A stretch of 64,000 bases of DNA, taken from positions 224,001 through 288,000 of the forward strand of contig CAWGJT010000010.1 of the NCBI GenBank assembly GCA_963822965.1. Reading direction: 5' to 3'. Below, piece by piece: positions 29,697 to 38,939 of this stretch. A program made the translations under genes and the position numbers. This stretch comes from an uncultured delta proteobacterium (GTDB lineage: Bacteria > Myxococcota_A > UBA9160 > UBA4427). How positions within the stretch are numbered: the stretch's first letter is position 1; each line of letters opens with the position of its first letter. The notes below the pieces were generated by a model. It was not told where the DNA came from and made no database searches. It saw only the letters and a list, made by a program, of their open reading frames with translations.

Positions 29697-29872
29697 CCCG
29701 CATTATTCACGAGCGCCCTACTGCGGCCGCCGATAGCACTGCATTTCCGCGGCCTTCTCCCTTCGGCCATCCTCGCCGGACTGCGAGTACGCCTCCGGTG
29801 TCCTGCGGTCCGAGGGCCGCGGAACTGCAGCACTCTCGACGCCCTCGCGACGGGCTTCATGAATAATGCGGG
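29697..29872. mobile_element. MITE-like element B, 176 bp, 13-bp TIRs flanked by CTAG
   Basis: CTAG|CCCGCATTATTCA ... TGAATAATGCGGG|CTAG; inner IR CTGCATTTCCGCGGCC / GGCCGCGGAACTGCAG with 1 mismatch. Confidence 0.75.
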
Positions 29873-30640
29873 CTAGCGCGTGAGGGGGCGATCGTCGCCG
29901 CCGCACAGACCGAGCGCCGTCAGCTGGGCCTCGACCGTGCCGGCCCAGTCGCGATTGGCCTTCGGGTTGGCCGGGGACGGATGCAGCACGTTCCCGATCC
30001 GGACGCCCGTGGCGGCCAGGGCTTCGCGGGCCCGCGTCTCGGCGAAGGCCCCCACGCCGATCAGCCACTCCGGCTCCAGGACGTCGACGAGTCGCGCGAG
30101 GTGGCGATTGCAGATCTCGAAGAGCGCGTCGCGCTCGCGGGCCGCCAGCTTGTCGGGGGTGCGGTTGCGGCCGCTCTCTTCGAGGAAGAGGAGCGGGCAG
30201 TAGTTCGCCACGAAATGGCGGGCGAAGAAGCGGCGGGGGGAGCCGAAGTGTGCCGCGATCGTACCCCAGAGCCGCCGGCCGCTGACCTCGCTGCGCGCGC
30301 ACGCGAAGCCCTGGATCGGTCGACGGGGATGCTCCCGGGCGGGACGGCCCACGGGCGTCTCGATGCCGAGCCAGGTCCTCACGTGCTCGACCTCGCCGAA
30401 GGGTACGCCGGTCTGCGCCATCCCGTAGGGACCGGGGTTCATGCCGAGGAAGACCACCTTCTTGCGGGTGCGGGCGTAGCGGGCGAGATAGCGCTCGTAG
30501 CCCGCGCCGGCATAGAGGAGGGGGTTGTAGACGTGGGTGACCGGTGGGCCGAAGCGCAGGGCGTCCACCTCGTCGCGCAGGCGCCGGGCCTGGCGCACGA
30601 GGCTCTTCACCCGGCGATCGGAAGCGGAGGTCGCGGCCAT
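29873..30640 (-). CDS. SMUG1-family uracil-DNA glycosylase (UDG family 3)
   Basis: VYNPL, GMNPGPYGMAQTGVPFG, SEVSG.R.W, NYCPL, NRTPDKL and HPSPANP. Confidence 0.93.
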   Translation of the reverse strand: MAATSASDRRVKSLVRQARRLRDEVDALRFGPPVTHVYNPLLYAGAGYERYLARYARTRKKVVFLGMNPGPYGMAQTGVPFGEVEHVRTWLGIETPVGRPAREHPRRPIQGFACARSEVSGRRLWGTIAAHFGSPRRFFARHFVANYCPLLFLEESGRNRTPDKLAARERDALFEICNRHLARLVDVLEPEWLIGVGAFAETRAREALAATGVRIGNVLHPSPANPKANRDWAGTVEAQLTALGLCGGDDRPLTR

Positions 30641-30725
30641 CGAGGCACGAGGGTGCCCCGCATCGGGTCGGGAGACAACGCAGCGCAGCCCTCCGCCGGC
30701 CGGCAGCGGGCTATCATGGGCGGCC

Positions 30726-31631
30726 ATGCGCGCGATCGATCCCTGGGTGAACACGAACATGATGGGTGGCGGTGCGCCGCCCCGCTGGCTGCTGCAGGTC
30801 AAGGACGACTACTTCAAGGCGGGTGACGAGTTCCTGAAGGAGCTCTCGGTCGAAGAGCTGCTGGCGTCGATGGACGCCGCGGGCGTCGAGAAGGTCGTCC
30901 TGAGCGTGGACGCGGAGCGGCCCCACGCCGGGGTGCTCGCCTTCCCGGAAGCGGTTCCCGAGCGCTTCTTCCTCGCCGCGAACGTGAATCCCACCAGGCA
31001 CATGAAGTCCGTGCGCGCGCTGGAGGCGTTGGTGGCCAGCCAGCCCGTGGTGATGGCGCGGGTGGTTCCCTTCCTCCACGACCTGCCGCCCAACCATCGC
31101 AGCTACTACCCTCTCTACACCCGCTGCATCGACCTCGATCTGCCCATCTCGATCAACACGGGCATTCCGGGCCCGCCGATGCCCGGCGAGTGCCAGCATC
31201 CGATGCACCTCGACCGCGTCTGTCTCGATCTTCCCGAGCTGCGGATCTGCATGGCCCACGGCGCGGATCCCTGGTGGGCGGAGGCGATCCGGCTGATGAT
31301 CAAGTACCGCAACCTCTCCCTGATGACGTCCGCCTACCTGCCGAAGTACTTCCCGCCCGAGCTCGTGCACTACATGAACACGCGCGGCCAGGACAAGATC
31401 CTCTACGCCTCGGATCATCCGGTGCTCTCGATGGAGCGCTGCATCGACGAGGCGGCGAAACTCGACCTTCGCCCGGGGGTGTTGGAGAAGTTCCTCTACG
31501 AGAACGCCGAACGGCTCTTCTTTGGTCCGCGCGGGCCGACCCGAGACCTGGGATCGCGCGGGCCAGGACGAGACCTGGGTCCGCGCGGGCCAGAACGAGA
31601 CCTGGGTCCGCGCGGGTCGGGAGGCGGGTGA
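30726..31631 (+). CDS. Amidohydrolase_2 family protein
   Basis: RAIDPWVN, INTGIPGP, MAHGADPW and YASDHP. Confidence 0.88.
   Translation: MRAIDPWVNTNMMGGGAPPRWLLQVKDDYFKAGDEFLKELSVEELLASMDAAGVEKVVLSVDAERPHAGVLAFPEAVPERFFLAANVNPTRHMKSVRALEALVASQPVVMARVVPFLHDLPPNHRSYYPLYTRCIDLDLPISINTGIPGPPMPGECQHPMHLDRVCLDLPELRICMAHGADPWWAEAIRLMIKYRNLSLMTSAYLPKYFPPELVHYMNTRGQDKILYASDHPVLSMERCIDEAAKLDLRPGVLEKFLYENAERLFFGPRGPTRDLGSRGPGRDLGPRGPERDLGPRGSGGG
31524..31616 (+). repeat. 27-bp coding tandem repeat, about 3.4 copies (GPRGPxRDL)
   Basis: Units start at 31524, 31551, 31578 and 31605 in the C-terminal tail of the amidohydrolase. Confidence 0.9.
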
Positions 31632-31636
31632 GCGGG

Positions 31637-32419
31637 ATGGTTTTCGACCTGGGAGTGGCGTGGATCGTCGCCGGATGTGCGGGGCTCGTTGCGCTCGGGC
31701 TGGGCATCCGGGTGGGCACGGAGGGCGGGCGCACGGCCGGCTTGCGAGCCGAGCTCGAGGAGCTGCGCCGCAGCGACCGCGGGAGCCGCAAGCAGCGCGA
31801 GCAGCGGGACAAGGCCTTCCGCCGGGCCGAAGCCGAGCTCGACCGCGTCGGCCGTAAGCTCGCCCAGGCCGACAAGCGCTCGCTCCAGGCCCGGGACGCC
31901 GCCCGCGCCGAGCGCGAGGCGGCCGCCGAACGCATCCGTTCCCTCGAGGACGAGGCGGCCTCGGCGCTCGCCGAGGCCGGTCGCCTGCGCGGCGAGCTGG
32001 AGCGGAGCGAGCACGAGCTGGCGGCGGCGCGCGAGCGCGCGCGCCGGGCGGAGAGCCAGCGGGCGGAGGCGGAGGCGGTCGCCGAGGCGGCCCGGACCGC
32101 CGGGCCGCCGCCGGTCGACGAGAGCATCGCCGCCGAGCTCGCGCGCCTGAGCGCTCGCGCCGAGGCCGCCGAGACGGGGGTTGCGGAGCGCGCTGCCGCG
32201 CTCGAAGAGGCCCGGGCGGAGGTCGAACGCCTGAAGGCGAAGGTCCGCACCCAGGAGACCCTCTACACGTCGATCCGCAGCGAGCTGTCGCTCAAGAAGG
32301 ACCAGATCCGACAGCAGCGAGAAGAGCTCGAGCGACTGCGCGCCTTCCGGGTGGCCCTGGTGGACGAGTCGCCGGCGGACTCCGCCGAGCAGACGGACGC
32401 CGAAGTCCCCTCGTCCTGA
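31637..32419 (+). CDS. Membrane-anchored coiled-coil protein
   Basis: N-terminal TM followed by a long E/R/A-rich heptad region. Confidence 0.7.
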   Translation: MVFDLGVAWIVAGCAGLVALGLGIRVGTEGGRTAGLRAELEELRRSDRGSRKQREQRDKAFRRAEAELDRVGRKLAQADKRSLQARDAARAEREAAAERIRSLEDEAASALAEAGRLRGELERSEHELAAARERARRAESQRAEAEAVAEAARTAGPPPVDESIAAELARLSARAEAAETGVAERAAALEEARAEVERLKAKVRTQETLYTSIRSELSLKKDQIRQQREELERLRAFRVALVDESPADSAEQTDAEVPSS

Positions 32420-32425
32420 GGATCC

Positions 32426-33582
32426 TCAACCTCCCGCTTTCACCTCGGCCCACGCCCAGTCGAGCCAGGGCAGCAGCGCCTCCACGTCGGCGGTCTCGAC
32501 GGTGGCGCCCCCCAGATGCGGAGGCCGGGCGGTGCGTCCCGGTACGAGCCGATGTCGTAGGCCACCCCCTCGGTCTCGAGCTTCGTGGCGATCGCCTTGG
32601 CGAGGGCGGGCTGACGATCCGCCGGCTGCGCGAGGAACCACGGGTCCGACACCACCAGACAGATCGAGGTGCACGAGCGCGTTCGCGGCTCGCGCGCCAG
32701 GAAGTCGACCCACGGCGTCTCGGCCACCCAGCGCGAGATGACGCCGAGGTTCTCCTCGGAGCGCTTCTGCATCGTGGCCCGGCCCCCGATCGACTCGGCC
32801 CACTGCAGGGCGTCCACCGCGTCTTCGACGCACAGCATCGACGGCGTGTTGATGGTGGAGGCCTGGAAGATGCTCTCCAGGAGCTTGCCGCCCTTGGTCA
32901 GACGGAAGAGCTTCGGCAGCGGCCACGGCGGCGTGTGGGTCTCGAGTCGCTCCACGGCGCGAGGCGACAGGGCGATCATGCCGTGGGCGGCCTCGCCCCC
33001 GAGCACCTTCTGCCACGACCAGGTCACCACGTCGAGCTTCGACCACGGCAGATCCATGGCGAAGACCGCCGAGGTGGCGTCGCAGATCGTGAGCCCGGCG
33101 CGATCCGCGGCGATCCACTCGCCGTCGGGAACCCGCACGCCGGACGTGGTGCCGTTCCAGGTGAAGACGACGTCGCGCGCCGGGTCGACCCGGGAGAGAT
33201 CCGGCAGCGCCCCGTAGTCGGCCACGAGCTTCTCGGCGTCCTCCACCTTCAGCTGGCTCAGCACGTCCGACACCCAGCCCAGCCCGAAGCTCTCCCACGC
33301 CAGCACCTGCACGCCGCGAGCGCCGAGGAGCGACCAGAGGGCCATCTCCAGGGCGCCCGTGTCCGAGCCGGGCACGAGCCCCAGGCGGTAGTCGTCGGGC
33401 AGGTCGAGGATGCGGCGCGAGGCGTCGGCCACCTCCTGGATGCGCGCCACGGCCTTCTTCGTGCGGTGGGAGCGTCCCACCAGGGCGCCCGCGAGGGCTT
33501 CCGGGGTCCAGCCCGGGCGCTTGGCACACGGGCCCGAGGAGAAGTGCGGGCGGGCGGGGCGTCGGGCGGGCTTGGGAGGCAT
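32426..33582 (-). CDS. serC: Phosphoserine aminotransferase (Methanosarcina/alphaproteobacterial type); one-base loss in the C run at 32508-32513
   Basis: [70 protein letters not shown] then [19 protein letters not shown] in another frame. Confidence 0.93.
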
Positions 33583-33736
33583 GGCGTGCGCTTGGCTCCG
33601 TGCGGATGCAGCGAGGAAGGCGGTCGATTCGCCGGTCGAAATCGGGCGGCGAGTCTATCGCCCCGCCCGGCTCGGGGCCATGAAGCCGCCGTTTCGCGTT
33701 GCCCGGGCGCGCGTGCGGGGTACTCTCGGCCTTCGA

Positions 33737-34144
33737 ATGTGGGCAGGCTCGAGGGACGAGGGGCGCCGCACCGGATCGTCGAGAGGGGCTCCGGCGGAGG
33801 CGGTCGCGGTGCGCGCCGCCGCTGCGGTGCTCGTCGCCTGCGCGCTCGGGCTCGTGGCCTGCCAGGCGCCCATGCAGCGGATTCCCCTGCATCTGGAGCC
33901 CGGGGGTGCCCGGGTGTTCGTCGACGGGAGGGAGGTTCCCGGCACCCCGGAGGCGCTCGACCTTCGCGCCGACCGTCCCCACGTGGTGCACGTGCAGCGC
34001 GACGGCTATCGCGCCGAGCAGGTGGTGCTCGAGGCGCACGAGGGGGAGGCCGGGCCGCACCTCGAGCCCACCGAGATTCGCCTGCACCTCGCACCGGTGG
34101 TCCCCACCGAGCGGGAGATCCGCATCGAGGGTGAGGACTCCTGA
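33737..34144 (+). CDS. PEGA-like domain lipoprotein
   Basis: Lipobox GLVAC then EPGGARVFVDG and QRDGY; start uncertain. Confidence 0.7.
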   Translation: MWAGSRDEGRRTGSSRGAPAEAVAVRAAAAVLVACALGLVACQAPMQRIPLHLEPGGARVFVDGREVPGTPEALDLRADRPHVVHVQRDGYRAEQVVLEAHEGEAGPHLEPTEIRLHLAPVVPTEREIRIEGEDS

Positions 34145-34200
34145 GGCCTTCCGTTTCGTCCCCGGTCGCCAGCGCCTTCCTCGAGACGAACGACTCCAGG

Positions 34201-36132
34201 ATGAGCGACATGCCCCAGCAGATCACCCGTCGACTCCGCCGCCGGGTGCTTGCCGCCCTGGCGGTGCTCTTGCTCACCCCGGTGGGATGCGCCGCGCCCA
34301 TCGGCGTGCGGCGGGCCGACCCCGAGAAGGTGCAGCGGGCGCTCGCCGCCAACGTGCTGACCAGCGGACACCTGAGCCAGGCGACACGCAACCGGCTGCG
34401 CGAGGTCGGCCTGCTCGAGGTCTACGAGCGCGAGCCGGAGCTCGCTCTGGCGACCGCCCACGAGCTGCTGGTGCAGCAGTACGAGTACGGCGAGCAGCGC
34501 CTCGGCACCCCGGCCCTGGTGGCGCTGGCCGAGGCCAACTTCCACCATGCGCTGCGATCGGGGGACCAGCGCTATGCGGTCGCCGCGGCGATCTACGCCT
34601 GGGCCGGTCTGTTCCGGAAGGATGCGAACCTCGACCCCCTGGATTCGGACACCCGCCTGGCGGCGGACCTCTACAACCGGGGGCTCACGTTCGCGCTGCT
34701 GGCGGGCCGCCGGGACGACCAGATCGTGGTGCGGGCCGGCGAGGTCGCGCTGCCGTTCGGAAAGCTCCACATCGCCTTCGACGAATCACAGCTCCACTGG
34801 GCGGGCCGCACCTTCGAGCGGTTCCGCAGCGCCGCGGACTTGACGATCCGGGGGCTCAACAACCTCTACCAGATGCGGGGGCTCGGTGCAGCGCTGGCGG
34901 CATCCCCGAGCCCGCGACCGGAAGGCGCCCAGCGCGTCGATCTGATCGCGGACGACATCCAGGTGCCCGTCTCGGTGCTGGTCGTGTTCGACGACCTCGG
35001 GCGCGACGTGCCCACCCGGACGATCCACGCGCACGCGGAGATCCACAGCCTCTCGGACGGAGACCGGGCCGAGGTCGCCGGCCGTCAGGTCCCGCTGGAG
35101 TTCGCACCCACTGCGGCCCTCGCCCTGATGCTCGCCGAGACGCAGCCGTGGAAGGGCGAGATCAAGGCCCTCTTCCAGGGCGATCTCGCGCGCTCGACCG
35201 AGGGCCTGATCGCCCTCGGCCCCCACCAGCCGGGTCGGATCCCCGTGGTGCTCGTGCACGGCACCGCCTCCAGCGTCACCACCTGGGCGAACATGCTGAA
35301 CGACCTCATGTCGAAGCCCGACATCCAGGGGAGCTACGAGTTCTATCTGTTCAGCTACAACACGGGCGCGCCCATCGCCTACTCGGCCTGGCTGCTCCGG
35401 CAGGCGATCCAGCAGATGGAGCAGGTGCTCGATCCCGAGGGTGGTGACCCCGCCATGCGCCGGATGGTCGTGATCGGGCACAGCCAGGGGGGCCTGCTCA
35501 CGAAGCTGATGGCGGTGGACTCGGGAGATCGCTTCTGGAAGACGGTGTCGGACGTCCCGTTCGACCAGGTGAAGATCAAGGGAGAGGCCCGGCGGCTGGT
35601 TCAGGGGTCGCTCTTCGTCGAGCCGTCTCCCTACGTCGAGCGCGTGATCTTCATCGCGACTCCGCACCGCGGGAGCTACCTGATGAACTACGGTCCGGCT
35701 CGCCTGCTCAAGCGCTTCGTGCGGGCGCCGGCGAACGTCGTGAACGCAACCCGCGCCCTGGTGGCCGCCAGCCCCGAGGCGTCCGCGGTCGCGCGCATCG
35801 ACGACGTCCAGGGGGCGCTGGGGAACATGAGCCCGACGAGCCCATTCCTCGCGGACCTCGTCTCCCTGCCCGTGGCGCCGCCGATCCGCGCCAACTCGAT
35901 CATCGCGATGCGCAACGTCGAGGACCCGAAGGGCGAGGCCAGCGACGGCGTGGTCCAGTACGAGAGCGCGCACCTCGACGGCGTCGAATCCGAGGCGGTG
36001 GTGGAGTCGGGGCACTCGTGCCTGGCGAATCCCATGGTGATCGGCGAGGTCACCCGCATCTTGCGGATGCATCGCGAGACGGGACCGCGGAGCGCGGCCC
36101 GAGCCGCCGTGCACGAGCTGATGGGGAACTGA
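34201..36132 (+). CDS. Lipase/esterase-like alpha/beta hydrolase lipoprotein
   Basis: Lipobox PVGC; PVVLVHG, GHSQGG, TPHRGS, DGVVQYESAH and SGHS. Confidence 0.88.
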   Translation: MSDMPQQITRRLRRRVLAALAVLLLTPVGCAAPIGVRRADPEKVQRALAANVLTSGHLSQATRNRLREVGLLEVYEREPELALATAHELLVQQYEYGEQRLGTPALVALAEANFHHALRSGDQRYAVAAAIYAWAGLFRKDANLDPLDSDTRLAADLYNRGLTFALLAGRRDDQIVVRAGEVALPFGKLHIAFDESQLHWAGRTFERFRSAADLTIRGLNNLYQMRGLGAALAASPSPRPEGAQRVDLIADDIQVPVSVLVVFDDLGRDVPTRTIHAHAEIHSLSDGDRAEVAGRQVPLEFAPTAALALMLAETQPWKGEIKALFQGDLARSTEGLIALGPHQPGRIPVVLVHGTASSVTTWANMLNDLMSKPDIQGSYEFYLFSYNTGAPIAYSAWLLRQAIQQMEQVLDPEGGDPAMRRMVVIGHSQGGLLTKLMAVDSGDRFWKTVSDVPFDQVKIKGEARRLVQGSLFVEPSPYVERVIFIATPHRGSYLMNYGPARLLKRFVRAPANVVNATRALVAASPEASAVARIDDVQGALGNMSPTSPFLADLVSLPVAPPIRANSIIAMRNVEDPKGEASDGVVQYESAHLDGVESEAVVESGHSCLANPMVIGEVTRILRMHRETGPRSAARAAVHELMGN

Positions 36133-36135
36133 CAG

Positions 36136-36741
36136 CTACTCGCTGGCCGGGGGCATGCCGCCGGCGCCGCGCGCGGCCCCGGCGCTCGCCGCCTCGCCGC
36201 CCGTCGCCTCACCGCTCGCCGCCTCACCGCTCGCCGCCTCACCGCTCGCCGCCTCACCGCTCGCCGCCTCACCATAGTAGGGTGCCAGCTGGTCCAGGAT
36301 CTCGTTGGCCCGTCCGACCTCGTCGAGGGTGGGCTTCTGGAGGAACATCTTGCGGCCCTCCTCGCGCGCATCCCGCACGAGGGTCATCAGCCGGCGATAG
36401 GTGGAAGCGGTTTCCTCTCGCGTGCCGCCGTCGGCCAGGCGCTTGGCGAGAGCCTTCGACTGGTTTCGCGCCACGCGCAGGTTGTCCTTCAAGCGCAGAT
36501 AGGCGTTCGCCTGCCCCGAGCCCACAGTCGAGCCGGGCTTCTCCTTGTTCACCGAGCTGTAGATCGAGGCCGCCGAGTCCGCGAGCTGTTGGGCCAGGGC
36601 GGCCACCTTCGGCTGGTCCCAGGCGGTCGCCGCAGGGGCTGCCTGCGCCTCGGCTTCGGGCGCCGCGAGGGGAAGGCCCAGAGACGCGACGAGCAGGACC
36701 GCGGAGCCGACGTGCCTAACGAGGAGGGGTCTCCAGTTCAT
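36136..36741 (-). CDS. Hypothetical secreted helical protein with GEAAS repeat tail
   Basis: AGGAGAAGGA before ATG at 36741; signal peptide; WDQPKVAALAQQL. Confidence 0.7.
   Translation of the reverse strand: MNWRPLLVRHVGSAVLLVASLGLPLAAPEAEAQAAPAATAWDQPKVAALAQQLADSAASIYSSVNKEKPGSTVGSGQANAYLRLKDNLRVARNQSKALAKRLADGGTREETASTYRRLMTLVRDAREEGRKMFLQKPTLDEVGRANEILDQLAPYYGEAASGEAASGEAASGEAASGEATGGEAASAGAARGAGGMPPASE
36183..36273 (-). repeat. 15-bp coding tandem repeat (GEAAS), 4 perfect plus 2 degenerate copies
   Basis: CGCTCGCCGCCTCAC units. Confidence 0.9.
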
Positions 36742-36942
36742 CGCCGTCCTTCTCCTTGGAGTGCCGTGGGTCGAAGCAGCATACCCGGATTCCCGAGCGG
36801 AAGACCAGGGGAATCGGGCCCGAAGGCCGAGTGCCTGCCTGTGCACCGAGCCGCCACTTGTTAGACTGCGAAGCCCGCGGCTACGGCTCGATCTCGCGGG
36901 CCCGGCACGCGGGGCGGAAGGCAGGGCCGGAGGAGGGGAGCC

Positions 36943-37395
36943 ATGAGGCGCCTGGGGGTGGGCCGCGCGTCCATCGTGTTCGCGATGCTCACGGTGTCGG
37001 GCCTGGCGCTGGCTGCCGGAGGCTGTGGCGAAGAACCTTCGCCCGCCGCCTCCGTCGTGCGTCCCGTCGAGATCTTCGAGGTCGGCGACCCGAACGCCGG
37101 GACGGCGCGGGAATTTCCCGGCGAGATCTCGGCCGCGCAGAACGCGGACGTCGCCTTCGAGGTCCCGGGCGAGCTCGTGGAGTTTCCGGTCAAGGAGAGC
37201 GAGCACGTCGAGGTCGGACAGGTGCTCGCCAAGCTCGACCCGCGCGACTACCGGGCGGAGCTCGAGGCCGCCGCTGCGCGGACCGCTTCGTCGAAGGCCG
37301 ATCTCTCGCGCTACCTGGTGGTGGCGCCGGTGCTCTTCTTCGTCTTCCACCGGGGCGAGACCGCGCCGACGGGAGCCGTGCCGGCGGAGGACTGA
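36943..37395 (+). pseudogene. Truncated RND periplasmic adaptor fused to an RND-permease-like C-terminus
   Basis: Lipobox AGGC, VRPV, FPGEI, VAFEVPG, VEVGQVLAKLDPRDY then an abrupt switch to LVVAPVLFFVFHR. Confidence 0.65.
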
Positions 37396-38075
37396 TGGCG
37401 CTCTCGTTCCTCGATCGCCACCGCCACGCGCAGCTCCTGGCGGTGTTGGGGACGCTCCTCGTCGGCAAGCCCTTCCTCGATGGCTCCGTCGGGGACGTGC
37501 TCTCGGACATCCTCCTGGTCGCGGCGATGGCGTCCGCCGTGATCGGCTGCTCGACCCGGCATCGCGAGCGCTTCGTGGGCCTGGGGCTCATGGCGGTCGC
37601 CCAGGGGATGGCCTACTACCGGAGGTACATCGCCCACGCCACGGTGGTCGACACCGGCTACGCGGTGATGTCGATCCTGTTCTTCGGCTACGTGACGGTG
37701 CTGGTGCTTCGGGACGTCTTCCGGCAGAGCCGGTCGGCCAGCGCCGATACGATCTGCGGCGCGCTCACCGTCTACCTCATGCTCGGCGTGCTGTGGGCCT
37801 TCGGGTACGCATTGCTGGAGGAGCTCGTGCCGGGCTCGATCCTGGGCCTGCGGACCGCCAACCCCCGGGACTTCTACCAGTACCTCGGCTACAGCATGGT
37901 CACGCTCACCACCCTGGGCTACGGGAACATCGTACCGGGCAACGCCCGGGCGGACGCGCTGGCGACCGCCGAGGCCATCGTCGGCCAGGTCTACCTGACG
38001 GTGCTGGTCGCCCGGCTGGTCGCCCTGAACCTCGCCGAAACGCGCGACCGGCGCCGGGATCAGAACCGCACGTAG
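37395..38075 (+). CDS. Potassium channel family (Ion_trans_2) protein
   Basis: YSMVTLTTLGYGNIVP selectivity-filter motif and EAIVGQVYL. Confidence 0.9.
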   Translation: MALSFLDRHRHAQLLAVLGTLLVGKPFLDGSVGDVLSDILLVAAMASAVIGCSTRHRERFVGLGLMAVAQGMAYYRRYIAHATVVDTGYAVMSILFFGYVTVLVLRDVFRQSRSASADTICGALTVYLMLGVLWAFGYALLEELVPGSILGLRTANPRDFYQYLGYSMVTLTTLGYGNIVPGNARADALATAEAIVGQVYLTVLVARLVALNLAETRDRRRDQNRT

Positions 38076-38830
38076 CCGCCGTCGACGGTCAGCGTGTCGC
38101 CCGTGTGGAAGCGCGATGCCTCCGAGGCCAGGTAGACGGCCACGCCCTCGAGGTCCTCGGGCTTGCCGAAGCGGTGCGCGGGCGTGCGGTGCACGATCGT
38201 GTCGACCATCTTCTTGTAGCCCAGCACCGGCGCCATGGGCGGGGTCTCGATCCAGCCCGGCAGGATGCAGTTGGCCTGGATGTCGTGACGGCCCAGTTCG
38301 ACGGCGACGGAGCGCACCAGCGCGTTGAGACCGCCCTTCGTGGCCGCGTAGGCCTCCTGGCGCGGCATGCCGTGCATCGAGCCGATGGACGACGTCGCGA
38401 CGAGCTTGCCGCCCCCGCCGCGCTCGACCATGTGTCTCGCCACCTCGCGGAAGGTCAGGAAGACGCCGGTGAGGTTCACGCGGATCACCCGGTTCCAGTC
38501 GTCCAGCGTCGTCTCGAGGAAGGGTCGCGCCAGGCCGAAGCCGGCGTTCGCGAAGCACGAGTCGATGCGGCCGAACCGCTCCAAGGTCTCCGCGGTCGAT
38601 CGGATCACGTCCTCTTCGCTCGAGACGTCGCAGTGCGACGCGTGCGCCTCCGTGCCCAACGCCGCCAGCTCCTCTGTGGCGGATTGGTTCCGGGCCTCGT
38701 CCCGGGCCCAGACCGAGATCTTCGCGCCGGCCTTCGCGAGTCCCCGCGCGAGGCCCAGACCGATTCCCGAGTTTCCGCCCGTCACCACGGCAACGTGGCC
38801 CGTCAGGTCGAACATCGTCATTCCCGGCAT
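38060..38830 (-). CDS. Short-chain dehydrogenase/reductase
   Basis: TGGNSGIG, ANAG, YAATK and TGDTLTVDGG. Confidence 0.92.
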   Translation of the reverse strand: MPGMTMFDLTGHVAVVTGGNSGIGLGLARGLAKAGAKISVWARDEARNQSATEELAALGTEAHASHCDVSSEEDVIRSTAETLERFGRIDSCFANAGFGLARPFLETTLDDWNRVIRVNLTGVFLTFREVARHMVERGGGGKLVATSSIGSMHGMPRQEAYAATKGGLNALVRSVAVELGRHDIQANCILPGWIETPPMAPVLGYKKMVDTIVHRTPAHRFGKPEDLEGVAVYLASEASRFHTGDTLTVDGGYVRF

Positions 38831-38897
38831 CCTCCGATTTCGAAACGTCTCGCGGTGCCGTTTGGATAGGCTCGTCCGGCGCGCCGCGCAACTCGCT

Positions 38898-38913
38898 TGG
38901 CACGGTTCTCGCT
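38898..38913 (+). promoter_or_regulatory. Putative sigma-54 (-24/-12) promoter for hemF
   Basis: TGGCACGGTTCTCGCT versus consensus TGGCACG-N4-TTGCW; correct GG/GC spacing, about 27 nt before the start. Confidence 0.5.
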
Positions 38914-38939
38914 AGACTGCCCCGCGAAAGGAGATCGCC

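Noticed and set aside
31637..32419. Coiled-coil protein as an SMC or defence component
   Set aside because: No Walker motifs, hinge or nuclease partner; only a TM anchor and heptads
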